Source: Patescibacteria group bacterium (GTDB lineage: Bacteria > Patescibacteriota > Minisyncoccia > UBA6257 > GWB1-50-10). From it: a stretch of 64,000 nt of DNA. The stretch covers positions 32,001 through 96,000 of the forward strand of contig JBBTQX010000002.1 of the NCBI GenBank assembly GCA_038065455.1, in the 5' to 3' direction. The notes under the pieces were generated by a model. That model saw nothing but the letters and a program-made list of their open reading frames with translations. It was not told where the DNA came from and searched no databases. Both the position numbers and the translations under genes were made by a program. Below, piece by piece: positions 1 to 8,953 of the stretch (within the stretch, counting starts at the first letter, position 1; every line of letters starts with the position of its first letter).

Positions 1-437
1 TCCTTTCCGTCAAAAGCAGTTTGAACTTTTCTGTTGGTTTCATCTCGCAAATGGCGCATTTGGATTTTATGTTCTTCCATCACTTTCTTGATGTGCTTTA
101 CGAGTTCATCTCGCCGTTCCTGACTCAATTCAGGCAAAAATATCCGGATAATCTGGCCGTCGATATTAGCCGAGAGATTCAAAGTGGAAAGCTCGATTGC
201 CTTGGCGACCGAAGGCACGGCGGCCTTGTCCCAAACCTGGATGACGATTTCCCGCGGCGGCTGAACGCTGATTGTTCCCAATTGCTTTATGGACGTCATT
301 TGGTCGTAATAATTGGTCTTCAAATCTTCGACAATCGCCGCGTTCGGCCGCGTCGTGCGGACGGCGGCTAGAGCTTTTTTCAAGCTATCCAGAATCATTT
401 GTCCCTTCGCCTCCAATTCGTTTAAAATTATTTCCAT
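1..437 (-). CDS. frr: Ribosome recycling factor (3' end runs off the window; absent from the ORF track)
   Basis: Manual translation from the ATG at 437: MEIILNELEAKGQMILDSLKKALAAVRTTRPNAAIVEDLKTNYYDQ...IQVWDK...IRIFLPELSQERRDELVK, which matches RRF motifs. Confidence 0.93.
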   Translation of the reverse strand, partial: MEIILNELEAKGQMILDSLKKALAAVRTTRPNAAIVEDLKTNYYDQMTSIKQLGTISVQPPREIVIQVWDKAAVPSVAKAIELSTLNLSANIDGQIIRIFLPELSQERRDELVKHIKKVMEEHKIQMRHLRDETNRKVQTAFDGK

Positions 438-438
438 T

Positions 439-1203
439 TTATTTGTTTATTCTTTCTTCAATAGCCTTTTTCTGGAGATTCATATTCAAATTATACCTTT
501 TTACCGACATTTCTCTATCCAGAAGCCAAACCAGTATTTCCGCGTTCTTCTTCAGATTCGCCCGGCGCAATTCCAATATCCTGTTTTCTAGTATTTTTTC
601 GAGATTTTCTTCTTCCTTATCCGGCAAATCATCCAGAATTTCGAAAGCCAAACCCGGCCGGCCGAAAGACTGCCGGGTGATTTGTTCGGCTTTCTCTCCC
701 CCGACTCCCCGCTCGTCTTTCAATATCCGGACGATTTCCGATTTCGGGAAGCGCGGAAAATAAATCTTAGTCAGGCGTGAAAGAAGCGGCGGCAAAAGAA
801 CATTCTCGTCGTGGGAAACGAATACAAGCAGTCCGTGGGTCGGCGGCTCTTCCACAACCTTCAAAAGCGCTCCCTGGGCCTCCGGCGTCAAATCCTCGGC
901 ATTATCTATGATCGCGAGCCGATAGTGCGATTTAAGAGGTTTCTGCCAAAGAAATCTTTTTGCCTCCAGAACCTTATCTATTCCCAAACTGTTTTTTTCC
1001 TCGTCCTTCACGACGAAGAGCGCGTCCAAAAGCGTCTCGGGCGTTATTTCGAATTTGCCCGTCTCGAGCGCATAAGCCAGAAGCTTCGCGAAAGAATATT
1101 TGCCGATTCCCCGGTCGCCGTAGAAAAGATACGGTTGGCCGAGCTTATCTTCCTTTATGAGTTTTTCGAAAGACTTTATTTTTTCGTCGTATCCGAAAAG
1201 CAT
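439..1203 (-). CDS. holB: DNA polymerase III delta-prime subunit (short form)
   Basis: YLFYGDRGIGK Walker-like motif, IIDNAEDLTPEAQGALLKVVEEPP and PLLSR clamp-loader motifs. Confidence 0.85.
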   Translation of the reverse strand: MLFGYDEKIKSFEKLIKEDKLGQPYLFYGDRGIGKYSFAKLLAYALETGKFEITPETLLDALFVVKDEEKNSLGIDKVLEAKRFLWQKPLKSHYRLAIIDNAEDLTPEAQGALLKVVEEPPTHGLLVFVSHDENVLLPPLLSRLTKIYFPRFPKSEIVRILKDERGVGGEKAEQITRQSFGRPGLAFEILDDLPDKEEENLEKILENRILELRRANLKKNAEILVWLLDREMSVKRYNLNMNLQKKAIEERINK

Positions 1204-1207
1204 ACGG

Positions 1208-2215
1208 TTAACGTTTATTCAAAAGAGTTCTCTTATAAACGTCCAAGTGATTCAAAATTATGGCCGTCCCCTTCGCCACGCAAAGAATCGGGTCTTCGGC
1301 CGTGTAGGCCGACACGCCGAGCGAGCGCTTGATGAATTCTTCAAGGTCGCGTACCTGCGAACTCCCGCCCGAAAGAATGATGCCTTTTTCCATTATATCG
1401 GCGGCGAGCTCCGGCGGCGTCACATTGAAAACAGACTGCACCGCGCCCATTATTTCCACCAAATGCGGATTGATAGCTTCGGCGATTTCGTTGGAATTGA
1501 TAATGAGGTCTTTAGGCAAACCGGAGGCCAAGTCGCGCCCGCGGATTTTCATTTCTGTTTTTGTTCGATTTGGCAGCGCCGTGCCTATCGTTATTTTTAT
1601 CGTCTCCGCCGTCGTTTCGCCGATCGCGAGACCATATTTTTTCTTGATGTATTCGGAGATAGATTGGTCGAAGCGATTGCCGGCGACGCGCAAACTTGCC
1701 CAAGTCACGATGCCGCCAAGGGAAATTACGGCCACCTCGGTCGTTCCTCCGCCGATATTCACCACCATATTACCTTCGGCCGAATGGATGGGAATGCCAG
1801 CACCCAAGGCCGCCAAAATCGGCTCTTTGACCAGATAAACCTCCTTCGCGCCTGATTCCTTAGCCGCGTTCATCACGGCCCGGTATTCGGTGGAGGTAAT
1901 GCCGGCCGGCACCGAAATGACCACCTCCGGCCGAAAAATGTTGAAAGCGCCTATGCTTTTCGATATAAAATAGCGAAGCATCGCTTGGGTGATATAATAA
2001 TCGGCGATGACGCCGTCCTTCAAAGGCTTATAGGTGACGATATTATCGGGCGTGCGCCCCACCATTTCTTTCGCCTCCGCCCCCACGGCCAAGACTCCGT
2101 TGTCGGGCTTCCGCAAAGCGACGACCGTCGGTTCGTTGATGACGATGCCCCGGTTCGGCAAAAAGACCAAAGTATTGGTCGTCCCCAAATCGATTCCTAT
2201 TTTTCGGATAAACAT
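1208..2215 (-). CDS. mreB: Rod shape-determining actin-like protein MreB/Mbl
   Basis: IGIDLGTTNT, EPTVVA, PLKDGVIAD, IGGGTTEVAVISLGG, ELAADIMEKGIILSGG. Confidence 0.95.
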   Translation of the reverse strand: MFIRKIGIDLGTTNTLVFLPNRGIVINEPTVVALRKPDNGVLAVGAEAKEMVGRTPDNIVTYKPLKDGVIADYYITQAMLRYFISKSIGAFNIFRPEVVISVPAGITSTEYRAVMNAAKESGAKEVYLVKEPILAALGAGIPIHSAEGNMVVNIGGGTTEVAVISLGGIVTWASLRVAGNRFDQSISEYIKKKYGLAIGETTAETIKITIGTALPNRTKTEMKIRGRDLASGLPKDLIINSNEIAEAINPHLVEIMGAVQSVFNVTPPELAADIMEKGIILSGGSSQVRDLEEFIKRSLGVSAYTAEDPILCVAKGTAIILNHLDVYKRTLLNKR

Positions 2216-2225
2216 GATTAAAAAA

Positions 2226-3527
2226 TTAATTTGAAACTCTTTTGATGTCGGCTCCGAGGAAGCTCAAGCGCTCCACGATCTTTTCGTACCCCCGGTCTAT
2301 TTCATGCACGCCCAATATTTCCGATTCCCCTTCCGCAATCAAAGCCGCGAGCACATGGGCGATGCCCGCCCGCAAGTCCGGCACCGTGAGCGTCGCGCTA
2401 TGAAGTTTCGTCGGCCCCTTCACGATTGCGCTATGCGGACAATTCTTTTCTTTGAAACGGCAAGGAACTTCGCTCAAACATTCATTTACCACTCTAATGT
2501 CCGCGCCCATTAAATTCAAGTCTTCAATATAGCCGAAGCGAGCTTCATAGACGGTTTCGTGGATGATTGATTCGCCCTGCGCCTGCGTGAGCATAGTCAG
2601 AAACGGCTGTTGCCAGTCCGTCATAAAACCCGGATGGGTGTCGGTTTCCAACTTGATGCCGGTCAATGGCCGCGCCCGGAAGAAAAGAATGCCCTCACTC
2701 GTCACTTCATACTCTCCGCCGATTCGCCTTAAATTATTCAAAAATGTGATGAGGTCGCCCTGGTCGGCTCCCTTCACCAATATCTTCCCGTTCGTCGCGA
2801 CCGCAAGGCACGCGAAAGAAACGGCCTCATTCCTGTCCGGCAATACCTTATGCCGCGCGCCATACAGTTTTGGAACGCCGTAAATCGTGACGGTGCGGTT
2901 TGTGCCAATCTCGATGATTGCCCCCATTTTCTGGAGCATCTTTATCAAGTCCGTGATTTCCGGCTCGACGGCAGAATTGATAATGGTTGTCTTCCCCTCG
3001 GCCAAAACCGAAGCGAATATTATCTGCTCCGTCGCACCGACGCTGGGATATTTTAAGGCAATAGTCGCTCCCTTGAGCCTTCCCGTGATTCTCGCCTTAT
3101 ATGAATCGGGGCTAGCTTCTATCTCTGCTCCAAGCGCCTTCAGGGATTCCAAATGCATATCCACGGGCCGCGGGCCGATCTTATCTCCGCCCACGATCGG
3201 CACCTCCGCCTCCCCCGCCCGATTCAGAAGCGGCCCCAAAGCCAGAATCGATACTCGATTTTTTTGATTCAGGGAAATCGCCTTGGTGTTTTTTATCTCC
3301 GGCGTCCTTATGACCAGATTGGAATCGATGGATTTTATTTCGCTTCCCAGCGCCACGCAAAGCTCTTTTACGATTTCCGCATCCCCGATTCGGGGGAAAT
3401 TCTCGAACACGCACTCCTCATCGGTTAAAAGCGAGACGATGAGCATTTTCGTCGCCGCGTTCTTCGCCCCGGCCAGTTTTATTTCGCCCGTGAGCGGCCG
3501 CCCACCCCGGATTATGAATTTATCCAC
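2226..3527 (-). CDS. murA: UDP-N-acetylglucosamine 1-carboxyvinyltransferase (Asp at the active-site Cys position)
   Basis: GAKNAA, GGDKIGPRPVDMH, SVGATE, PGFMTDWQQ, DLRAG, IDRGYE; GTG start. Confidence 0.95.
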   Translation of the reverse strand: MDKFIIRGGRPLTGEIKLAGAKNAATKMLIVSLLTDEECVFENFPRIGDAEIVKELCVALGSEIKSIDSNLVIRTPEIKNTKAISLNQKNRVSILALGPLLNRAGEAEVPIVGGDKIGPRPVDMHLESLKALGAEIEASPDSYKARITGRLKGATIALKYPSVGATEQIIFASVLAEGKTTIINSAVEPEITDLIKMLQKMGAIIEIGTNRTVTIYGVPKLYGARHKVLPDRNEAVSFACLAVATNGKILVKGADQGDLITFLNNLRRIGGEYEVTSEGILFFRARPLTGIKLETDTHPGFMTDWQQPFLTMLTQAQGESIIHETVYEARFGYIEDLNLMGADIRVVNECLSEVPCRFKEKNCPHSAIVKGPTKLHSATLTVPDLRAGIAHVLAALIAEGESEILGVHEIDRGYEKIVERLSFLGADIKRVSN

Positions 3528-3535
3528 GCATCCAT

Positions 3536-3609
3536 TATACCCGGTATTACAATGTTTAGAAAAGTTGCTGGTTCATTTTTTTTTGATTAGGTTTGTAATA
3601 CCGGGTATA
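3536..3609. repeat. 17-bp perfect inverted repeat in the divergent murA / GIY-YIG intergenic region
   Basis: TATACCCGGTATTACAA (3536-3552) and TTGTAATACCGGGTATA (3593-3609) around a 40-bp AT-rich spacer. Confidence 0.9.
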
Positions 3610-3620
3610 TTATTAAAGGT

Positions 3621-3908
3621 ATGTATCCCGTTAGAGACATTTCTATGTATTACAATTACGTTTTAAGAAGCAAAAAAGATGGGAAATGGTATACTGGCTA
3701 CACGAATGATCTACGGAAGCGCTTTAGCCAGCACAATAGCGATAAATTCCCTCAATGGACCAAAAATCGGGGTCCTTTTGAAATCATATACTATGAAGCC
3801 TGCAAAGATCTGCAAGATGCAAGGTCGAGGGAATATTATCTAAAAACAGGAATGGGTAAACGTTATATCAAAAATAGGCTAAAGCGCTTCCTGTCTCTAA
3901 CGGGATGA
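3621..3908 (+). CDS. Stand-alone GIY-YIG endonuclease (UPF0213/YhbQ-like); alternative start at 3645
   Basis: YYNYVLRS...WYTGYTNDLRKRFSQHN...TKNRGPFEIIYYE...ARSREYYLKTGMGK; its TGA overlaps the next ATG (ATGA). Confidence 0.9.
   Translation: MYPVRDISMYYNYVLRSKKDGKWYTGYTNDLRKRFSQHNSDKFPQWTKNRGPFEIIYYEACKDLQDARSREYYLKTGMGKRYIKNRLKRFLSLTG
3625..3906 (+). mobile_element. Family A IR element, nuclease-carrying copy (A1)
   Basis: Perfect 15-bp IR ATCCCGTTAGAGACA (3625-3639) / TGTCTCTAACGGGAT (3892-3906) enclosing the GIY-YIG ORF; the same IR occurs at three other sites. Confidence 0.75.
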
Positions 3909-5149
3909 ACCTCAAAACCCGGCGAACTCTCTTTTACTTCTTCATTCTCATATTCGTCCTTGCGGGCGCTTATCTCCTCGCAACCGCCCAGGGGCTGGTC
4001 CTGGATTTCAAAAATCTGAAGATTACCGGCACTGGCGGGCTCTTTTTGAAGTACGTTCCGCCCGACGCGACTGTGGAATTGAACGGCAAAAAAACCGATG
4101 TTTCGCCCGGCCTCGTTTCGAGCGGAATTTTCATCTCTAAATTAATTCCCGACGAATACCGGGTAAAGATTTCAAAACCGGGCTTCTCTGCCTGGGAAAA
4201 GACACTCGCGGTTAAGAACGGCGCGGTGGCTTCGGCGAGCCAAATCAGGCTCTGGCCCGAAGTCTGGGATTTGAATGTCATTACGACGAGCTCCGTCCGG
4301 GATTTCCGGCTCACGGGTGCGGGTCTAGTACTCCAAGGAAAAAACGGAACTCTTCGGCTGGACGGATTTTCTTTGGGAAACAGGAGTGTCGCTTTGAGCG
4401 GGCCGGACTCGTCCCTCATCGTTACGACCGATGAAAAAGAAAATTTTGTAACCAATCTCGAAGATTTGTCACCCGCGCTCGATATCGTCCGGCTCTTTAA
4501 TTCGCTGAAACAAAGCCAGTTGAATCTTCCCGGCACGATCATTCCTAAAAATTACTTCCTTCATCCCTTTAACGCCAAAATTCTCATCACGACCGGAAAC
4601 GCGCTTTACTCGCTCGATATCAAAAGATTGAGACTTGAAAAACTGACCGATATGGCAGGAATTAAGAAGGCGGAATTAAGGGGAAACGAAATGTTTCTTT
4701 TCGATATGAAAGACAATATAACGACATTCAATCTTTTTCTCCAAACTGCCAGAATTTATGAATCGACCTCCACCGAAGCCATCGGAATAGGAGCGAGCCT
4801 GGCCGGCTTGCCGGCCCCCGACGGGAAAAAGATTTTTTTGCTTTCAAAAAACGACACGCTTTCTTTGAAAGTTTTGGAAAATTATTATGCCGACGGCGAA
4901 GTGAGAAAGGGCGATATGTGGCCCGTTTTTTCCGACCGGGGCAAAATAACGGATTTCAAATGGTTGAATGGCAATTCTAATTATGCGCTGGTACTTGCCG
5001 AAAAAAACTTGTTCATCGTTGAAACCGACCGGCGCACCCCGCAGAATATCCGACTCATATCCCAAGGAGTGGAAAAATTCGCGACGGAGGGAAACGATCT
5101 CTATATCCTCAAAACCGACGGCACGCTTCTGAGGGCGAGTTTGAAGTAG
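3905..5149 (+). CDS. Membrane-anchored PEGA-domain protein with a probable beta-propeller C-terminus
   Basis: N-terminal TM helix, then TGGLFLKYVPPDATVELNG...LIPDEYRVKISKPGFSAWEK (PEGA pattern). Confidence 0.7.
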   Translation: MNLKTRRTLFYFFILIFVLAGAYLLATAQGLVLDFKNLKITGTGGLFLKYVPPDATVELNGKKTDVSPGLVSSGIFISKLIPDEYRVKISKPGFSAWEKTLAVKNGAVASASQIRLWPEVWDLNVITTSSVRDFRLTGAGLVLQGKNGTLRLDGFSLGNRSVALSGPDSSLIVTTDEKENFVTNLEDLSPALDIVRLFNSLKQSQLNLPGTIIPKNYFLHPFNAKILITTGNALYSLDIKRLRLEKLTDMAGIKKAELRGNEMFLFDMKDNITTFNLFLQTARIYESTSTEAIGIGASLAGLPAPDGKKIFLLSKNDTLSLKVLENYYADGEVRKGDMWPVFSDRGKITDFKWLNGNSNYALVLAEKNLFIVETDRRTPQNIRLISQGVEKFATEGNDLYILKTDGTLLRASLK

Positions 5150-5159
5150 AAGACGAATT

Positions 5160-5528
5160 TTAAAAAATATCAGAGACTCTAGTCAGTGCAAGCCGATTCA
5201 TGACTTCATCGTCATAGTTATCCATATGGACACAGATGCAAAGTAAGACGATAACGGCGCCTTTTACTGCGAACCACATTCGGGGATACTGATTGGGTCT
5301 TAAATTATCATTAGGAACAACGAGTTCTACTTTCCATAAGGTCCAGATATCATTCTGCGTTACCCTGTGTAATTTTGCCGGGGCTATTATTTGCTTCGGA
5401 TTCTCCGGATTGAATTGAAATTCGCACAACCTCTTGAATGAATCTAAACCGTCTTTAAGATGACGAAATCGCCGCTCAAGGGCGGCGATTTCTTTTTCTA
5501 TGCCGTCATGATACAGAAATTCAATCAT
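5160..5528 (-). CDS. Putative toxin (RelE/ParE-like) paired with the Panacea antitoxin
   Basis: 122 aa; ATGA overlap with the upstream Panacea gene; LWKVELVV...YPRMWFAV...LLCICVH resembles the RelE-superfamily topology (inference). Confidence 0.55.
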   Translation of the reverse strand: MIEFLYHDGIEKEIAALERRFRHLKDGLDSFKRLCEFQFNPENPKQIIAPAKLHRVTQNDIWTLWKVELVVPNDNLRPNQYPRMWFAVKGAVIVLLCICVHMDNYDDEVMNRLALTRVSDIF

Positions 5529-6016
5529 AGGTCGCTGAAATCCGTACCGCGATAGAACGCGAGTTCATATGAAATATCCTCTCCCGGCTTCGTCCCAACA
5601 TATGGGGCCTCAGCATGGGAAAGTTCGCCAAGCTGTTTTCCATTCAATTGGCCGTATTTTATGGCAACGCGATCAAGCATTCTTCTTTCTTCGATATCTA
5701 ATATTAATTCATCCGGTTCCGCCAAAGAACTGTAAACCTCAATTGGATTATATCCATTTCCCAATTCGACGGCTTTGGCAAGAAGTATTTTTTTCTCGGA
5801 CATTTCCGATATAATTTTCTCAAAAGAGACTGGTACTGGCCCCATAGGAAGGGCTTTATATGTATCCCCAGTTATAGGTTTCTGATTCTTTTCGAAGAAA
5901 TCAAAATCAGCAAAATAAAGGAGTTTTGCTAGTTTTTTCTTCCCTTGGATTTCACCTCCTAATTTCTTACAGAGATATAGTATAACTTGCTGATATTTCT
6001 TCTTTTGGAGGGTCAT
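5525..6016 (-). CDS. Panacea (DUF4065/SocA-like) antitoxin
   Basis: KKLAKLLYFADF...PITGDTYKALPMGPVP...LGELSHAEAPY. Confidence 0.85.
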   Translation of the reverse strand: MTLQKKKYQQVILYLCKKLGGEIQGKKKLAKLLYFADFDFFEKNQKPITGDTYKALPMGPVPVSFEKIISEMSEKKILLAKAVELGNGYNPIEVYSSLAEPDELILDIEERRMLDRVAIKYGQLNGKQLGELSHAEAPYVGTKPGEDISYELAFYRGTDFSDL

Positions 6017-6133
6017 TTTACTTAACAGTATTATACCACAATAAAACTCAAAACAACAAGAAAATGGCTATCTGAATAGTAAAATGAAGACTTAACTTAA
6101 ATGTTTCAATGCTCCTTCTCAATGCAACAGTGG

Positions 6134-6160
6134 AAAAAAAATCCCCGAAGGGATTTTTTT
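6134..6160. terminator. Intrinsic terminator after rpsI (potentially bidirectional)
   Basis: AAAAAAAATCCC-CGAA-GGGATTTTTTT. Confidence 0.75.
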
Positions 6161-6611
6161 AACGCTTGCGCCACTGTTGCGGCCGTCTCGCTTTCCGCAG
6201 GCCGTATTTCTTGCGCTCCACCTTCCGGGGGTCGCGTTTCATAAAGCCGAGGGATTTCAATTTGGAACGCCAGGTGGGATTCAAAGCGACGAGGGCGCGA
6301 GACAAGCCGAGCCGGATGGCTTCTGCCTGGGAACTCAAGCCACCTCCTCCAACCAATGCCGTCGCGTGGTATTCCTTGAGCGAAAGCTCGCCGAAGGGAG
6401 CGAGGACGGTCTTCTGCAATTTCGCGGTCGGAAAATATTCGGAAAAGGGCAAATCATTCACGATAATCTCCGGAGTCTTGCTCGCCGCTTTGCGGCCGGA
6501 AAAAAGCCGGACGCGGGCGACCGCGGTCTTCCGGCGGCCGATAGCCTCGATATATTTATCCTTTTCCTTTTCAATTTTCTTCGCCGGATGGGCGGTTGTT
6601 TTCGAAGGCAT
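6159..6611 (-). CDS. rpsI: 30S ribosomal protein S9
   Basis: GRRKTAVARV, GGGLSSQAEAIRLG, RDPRKVERKKYGLRKAR; likely start MPSK at 6611. Confidence 0.97.
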   Translation of the reverse strand: MPSKTTAHPAKKIEKEKDKYIEAIGRRKTAVARVRLFSGRKAASKTPEIIVNDLPFSEYFPTAKLQKTVLAPFGELSLKEYHATALVGGGGLSSQAEAIRLGLSRALVALNPTWRSKLKSLGFMKRDPRKVERKKYGLRKARRPQQWRKR

Positions 6612-6612
6612 T

Positions 6613-6954
6613 TTATTTTTCGATAATGAGATTTTTAAGCCGTTTCGCATTCAGGCGGTTTTTGGGCAACATCAGGCGCACGGCGTGCCGGAGAACCCAG
6701 GCCGGATTCTTTTTGAAAACATCGGCGAATTTCCGCTCCTTGAGATGTCCCAGGGGGCCGGTGTGCTTATAATAAATCTTCTGATTGGTCTTCTTGCCGG
6801 AAACGGCGATTTGCGAAGCGTTCGTGACCAGTACCCGGTCGGTATTCATAAGCCGCGGATTATAATTCGGGCTCTTCTTACCTTGGAGCAAAAAAGCTAT
6901 CTCCGAGGAGAGCCGGCCTAATTTTTTGTTTTTCGCGTCGATTTGATGGTCCAT
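6613..6954 (-). CDS. rplM: 50S ribosomal protein L13 (short)
   Basis: IDAKNKKLGRLSSEIAFLLQGK, YYKHTG, AVRLMLPKN. Confidence 0.95.
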   Translation of the reverse strand: MDHQIDAKNKKLGRLSSEIAFLLQGKKSPNYNPRLMNTDRVLVTNASQIAVSGKKTNQKIYYKHTGPLGHLKERKFADVFKKNPAWVLRHAVRLMLPKNRLNAKRLKNLIIEK

Positions 6955-6955
6955 A

Positions 6956-7309
6956 TTATTTTACGAATTCGATGACGGCCATTTTGGAGCCGTCGTGCTT
7001 CCTCGGAGTAACCGTTTTTACCACCCGGGTGTATCCCCCTTTCCGCTCTTTATAGCGCGGGGCGATTTCGTGGTAAACCTTGTAGGCTGCCGCTTTCGGC
7101 AATTTCTCCAAAAGCAGTTTCATTCCGGCCAGATTTTGCTGTTTGCCGTAGGTGATATAGCGCTCCACGATGCCCTTCAATTCCTTGGCGCGCGCCTCGG
7201 TCGTCGTAATCTTTTCGTGGCTCACAAGGTTATTGGCCAGAATCCTCAAAAAAGACCTGCGAGGGCCTTTTTTCAAACCGAATTTTCTCCCCTTGTGCAT
7301 GTGCCGCAT
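6956..7309 (-). CDS. rplQ: 50S ribosomal protein L17
   Basis: MRH, ITTTEARAKEL, RKGGYTRVVK. Confidence 0.97.
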   Translation of the reverse strand: MRHMHKGRKFGLKKGPRRSFLRILANNLVSHEKITTTEARAKELKGIVERYITYGKQQNLAGMKLLLEKLPKAAAYKVYHEIAPRYKERKGGYTRVVKTVTPRKHDGSKMAVIEFVK

Positions 7310-8056
7310 TTATTTTTCTTTCTTTTTCTTTTCGGGTTTGCCGGAAATCAATTCCGCCGGAACTACTTCGATGGCCAGAACTTTGTCGAAATGGTCTTTC
7401 AAAATATTGCTCGCCTTGTGGAGCGCCTCCGAAGGGCTAATGGAGCCGTCGGTCTCTATTTCCAATTTCAAGCGGTTATAATCGGTGCGGTCGCCCACGC
7501 GCATATCTTCCGAGTGGAAGGATACCCGGACAACCGGGGAAAAGATGGCATCAAGCACGATCGTGCCGACCGAAAGCCTCTCCATCCGGCGGGATTCGCT
7601 CATCACGTAGCCCAAGCCCTTTTCGACGGTGATTTCCATATCCAAATCGGCGGACTTTTTCGAAAGAGTCGCGAGATGCAAATCCTTGTTGATTACCCGC
7701 ACGAGCGTGGAAGATTCGATATCCTCCGCCTTCACTTCCTTCTCGCCTTTCACGTGAAGTTTTAAAGTCTGCGGCTCATCGGCGGTAAAATGAAAGCGGA
7801 CTTTCTTCAGGTTCAACGTGAACTCCACGATATCCTCCACCATGCCGGGCAAAGTCGAAAATTCATGGTCTATATTCTTAATCTTAATCTGAGTAATAGC
7901 CGAACCCGGAAGCGAGGAAAGGAGCGCGCGCCGAAAAGCATTCCCCAAAGTGACGCCATAACCGGTAAAAAGACCTTCAATGTAAAAAACACCGATATTG
8001 TCCTTTTCGGAAATTTTCTTGACCTCGACCGCTTCGCTGATATGTGTATATTTCAT
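7310..8056 (-). CDS. rpoA: RNA polymerase alpha subunit, apparently lacking the alpha-CTD
   Basis: GYGVTLGNAFRRALLSSLPG, HEFSTLPG, DAIFSPV, RVGDRTDY; ends at 248 aa with a Lys-rich tail. Confidence 0.95.
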   Translation of the reverse strand: MKYTHISEAVEVKKISEKDNIGVFYIEGLFTGYGVTLGNAFRRALLSSLPGSAITQIKIKNIDHEFSTLPGMVEDIVEFTLNLKKVRFHFTADEPQTLKLHVKGEKEVKAEDIESSTLVRVINKDLHLATLSKKSADLDMEITVEKGLGYVMSESRRMERLSVGTIVLDAIFSPVVRVSFHSEDMRVGDRTDYNRLKLEIETDGSISPSEALHKASNILKDHFDKVLAIEVVPAELISGKPEKKKKEK

Positions 8057-8074
8057 TTTTTTGTTTTATAAAAT

Positions 8075-8674
8075 TTAACGCGAATAGAATTGGCCGACCA
8101 CGTTTATATCGAAAGGTAGTTGCACTCCGGTAACGGGCGGTTTTGCCACGCACTCGCCTTTCAATTCCTCCGCTTTGAGCTTAAGCCACTCAGGCGGGGT
8201 GTATTGCTTCAACCGGAGTTGAATATCATCGAAAATCTTCGCCGAGCGGGATTCGGGCCGCACAGCAATAATGTCTTTAACCCTAACATAATAGGAAGGA
8301 ATTGTCACTTTTCGGCCATTCACGTGGATATGGCCGTGGGAGACGAGCTGGCGGGCGATTCTCGGAGACTTCGCGAATCCCAAAAGAAAAACCACGTGGT
8401 CGAGGCGGCTTTCGAGCTTGGTCATAATGCCGTCTTTGTCGGAATTCCGGAACATTCTCATCATCTGATGATTATTCAGCCCGTAAAGAATTTGGATTTT
8501 CTGTTTTTCCTGGAGCTGCTTTCCGAATTCGGAAACGGAGTGGCGCGCCTGGCCGTGCTGGCCCGGGCGGTAAGGATGGCGTACCATCGCGCACTTCGGC
8601 GAATTACAGCGGTCTCCCTTGAGGAAGAGTTTGATGCCCAGCGATCTTTCTTTTTTCTCTTTGATTCTTTTCAT
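8075..8674 (-). CDS. rpsD: 30S ribosomal protein S4
   Basis: PGQHG, LQEKQK, LESRLD, ARQLVSHGH; likely start MKRIKE at 8674, and the ORF-track extension lies inside element A2. Confidence 0.96.
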   Translation of the reverse strand: MKRIKEKKERSLGIKLFLKGDRCNSPKCAMVRHPYRPGQHGQARHSVSEFGKQLQEKQKIQILYGLNNHQMMRMFRNSDKDGIMTKLESRLDHVVFLLGFAKSPRIARQLVSHGHIHVNGRKVTIPSYYVRVKDIIAVRPESRSAKIFDDIQLRLKQYTPPEWLKLKAEELKGECVAKPPVTGVQLPFDINVVGQFYSR

Positions 8675-8798
8675 CCCGTTTAGAGACAGGATACGCTTAA
8701 GAAGCATATCCGTGAAGCATTAGCCGATTCGACTTTATTGGATTCTATTGATTGTTTGATAATCATGTTATTCATAAGTTTGATGTCTCTAACGGGAT
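8673..8798 (-). mobile_element. Family A IR element, short copy (A2) at the rpsD start codon
   Basis: ATCCCGTTTAGAGACA (8673-8688, one extra T) / TGTCTCTAACGGGAT (8784-8798); internal hairpin GGATACGCTT-AAG-AAGCATATCC. Confidence 0.8.
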
Positions 8799-8808
8799 TC
8801 ATATTTTT

Positions 8809-8953
8809 ACCAGGCAGTGAAAATGCGATTGCAAATCGTGATTGAATCGACGATTCTCGCTATTTCCAATGACCTTTTATTTATATTCATATGTTTTGAT
8901 ATTATGATGGTTTTCGATTTGAATTCAATCTAATCGCATTTCTACTGCCTGGT
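8809..8953. mobile_element. Family B IR element, short copy (B1) directly after the rpsK stop
   Basis: ACCAGGCAGTGAAAATGCGATT (8809-8830) / AATCGCATTTCTACTGCCTGGT (8932-8953). Confidence 0.8.

Noticed and set aside
4801-4816. GGCCGGC-TT-GCCGGCC hairpin inside the PEGA gene
   Set aside because: Single short GC-rich occurrence; it cannot be distinguished from chance without orthologues.
8675-8707. N-terminal extension of S4 (MLLKRILSLNG) in the ORF track
   Set aside because: It derives from element A2; an extra base in the IR places it in frame. The start consistent with the other copies is the ATG at 8674.
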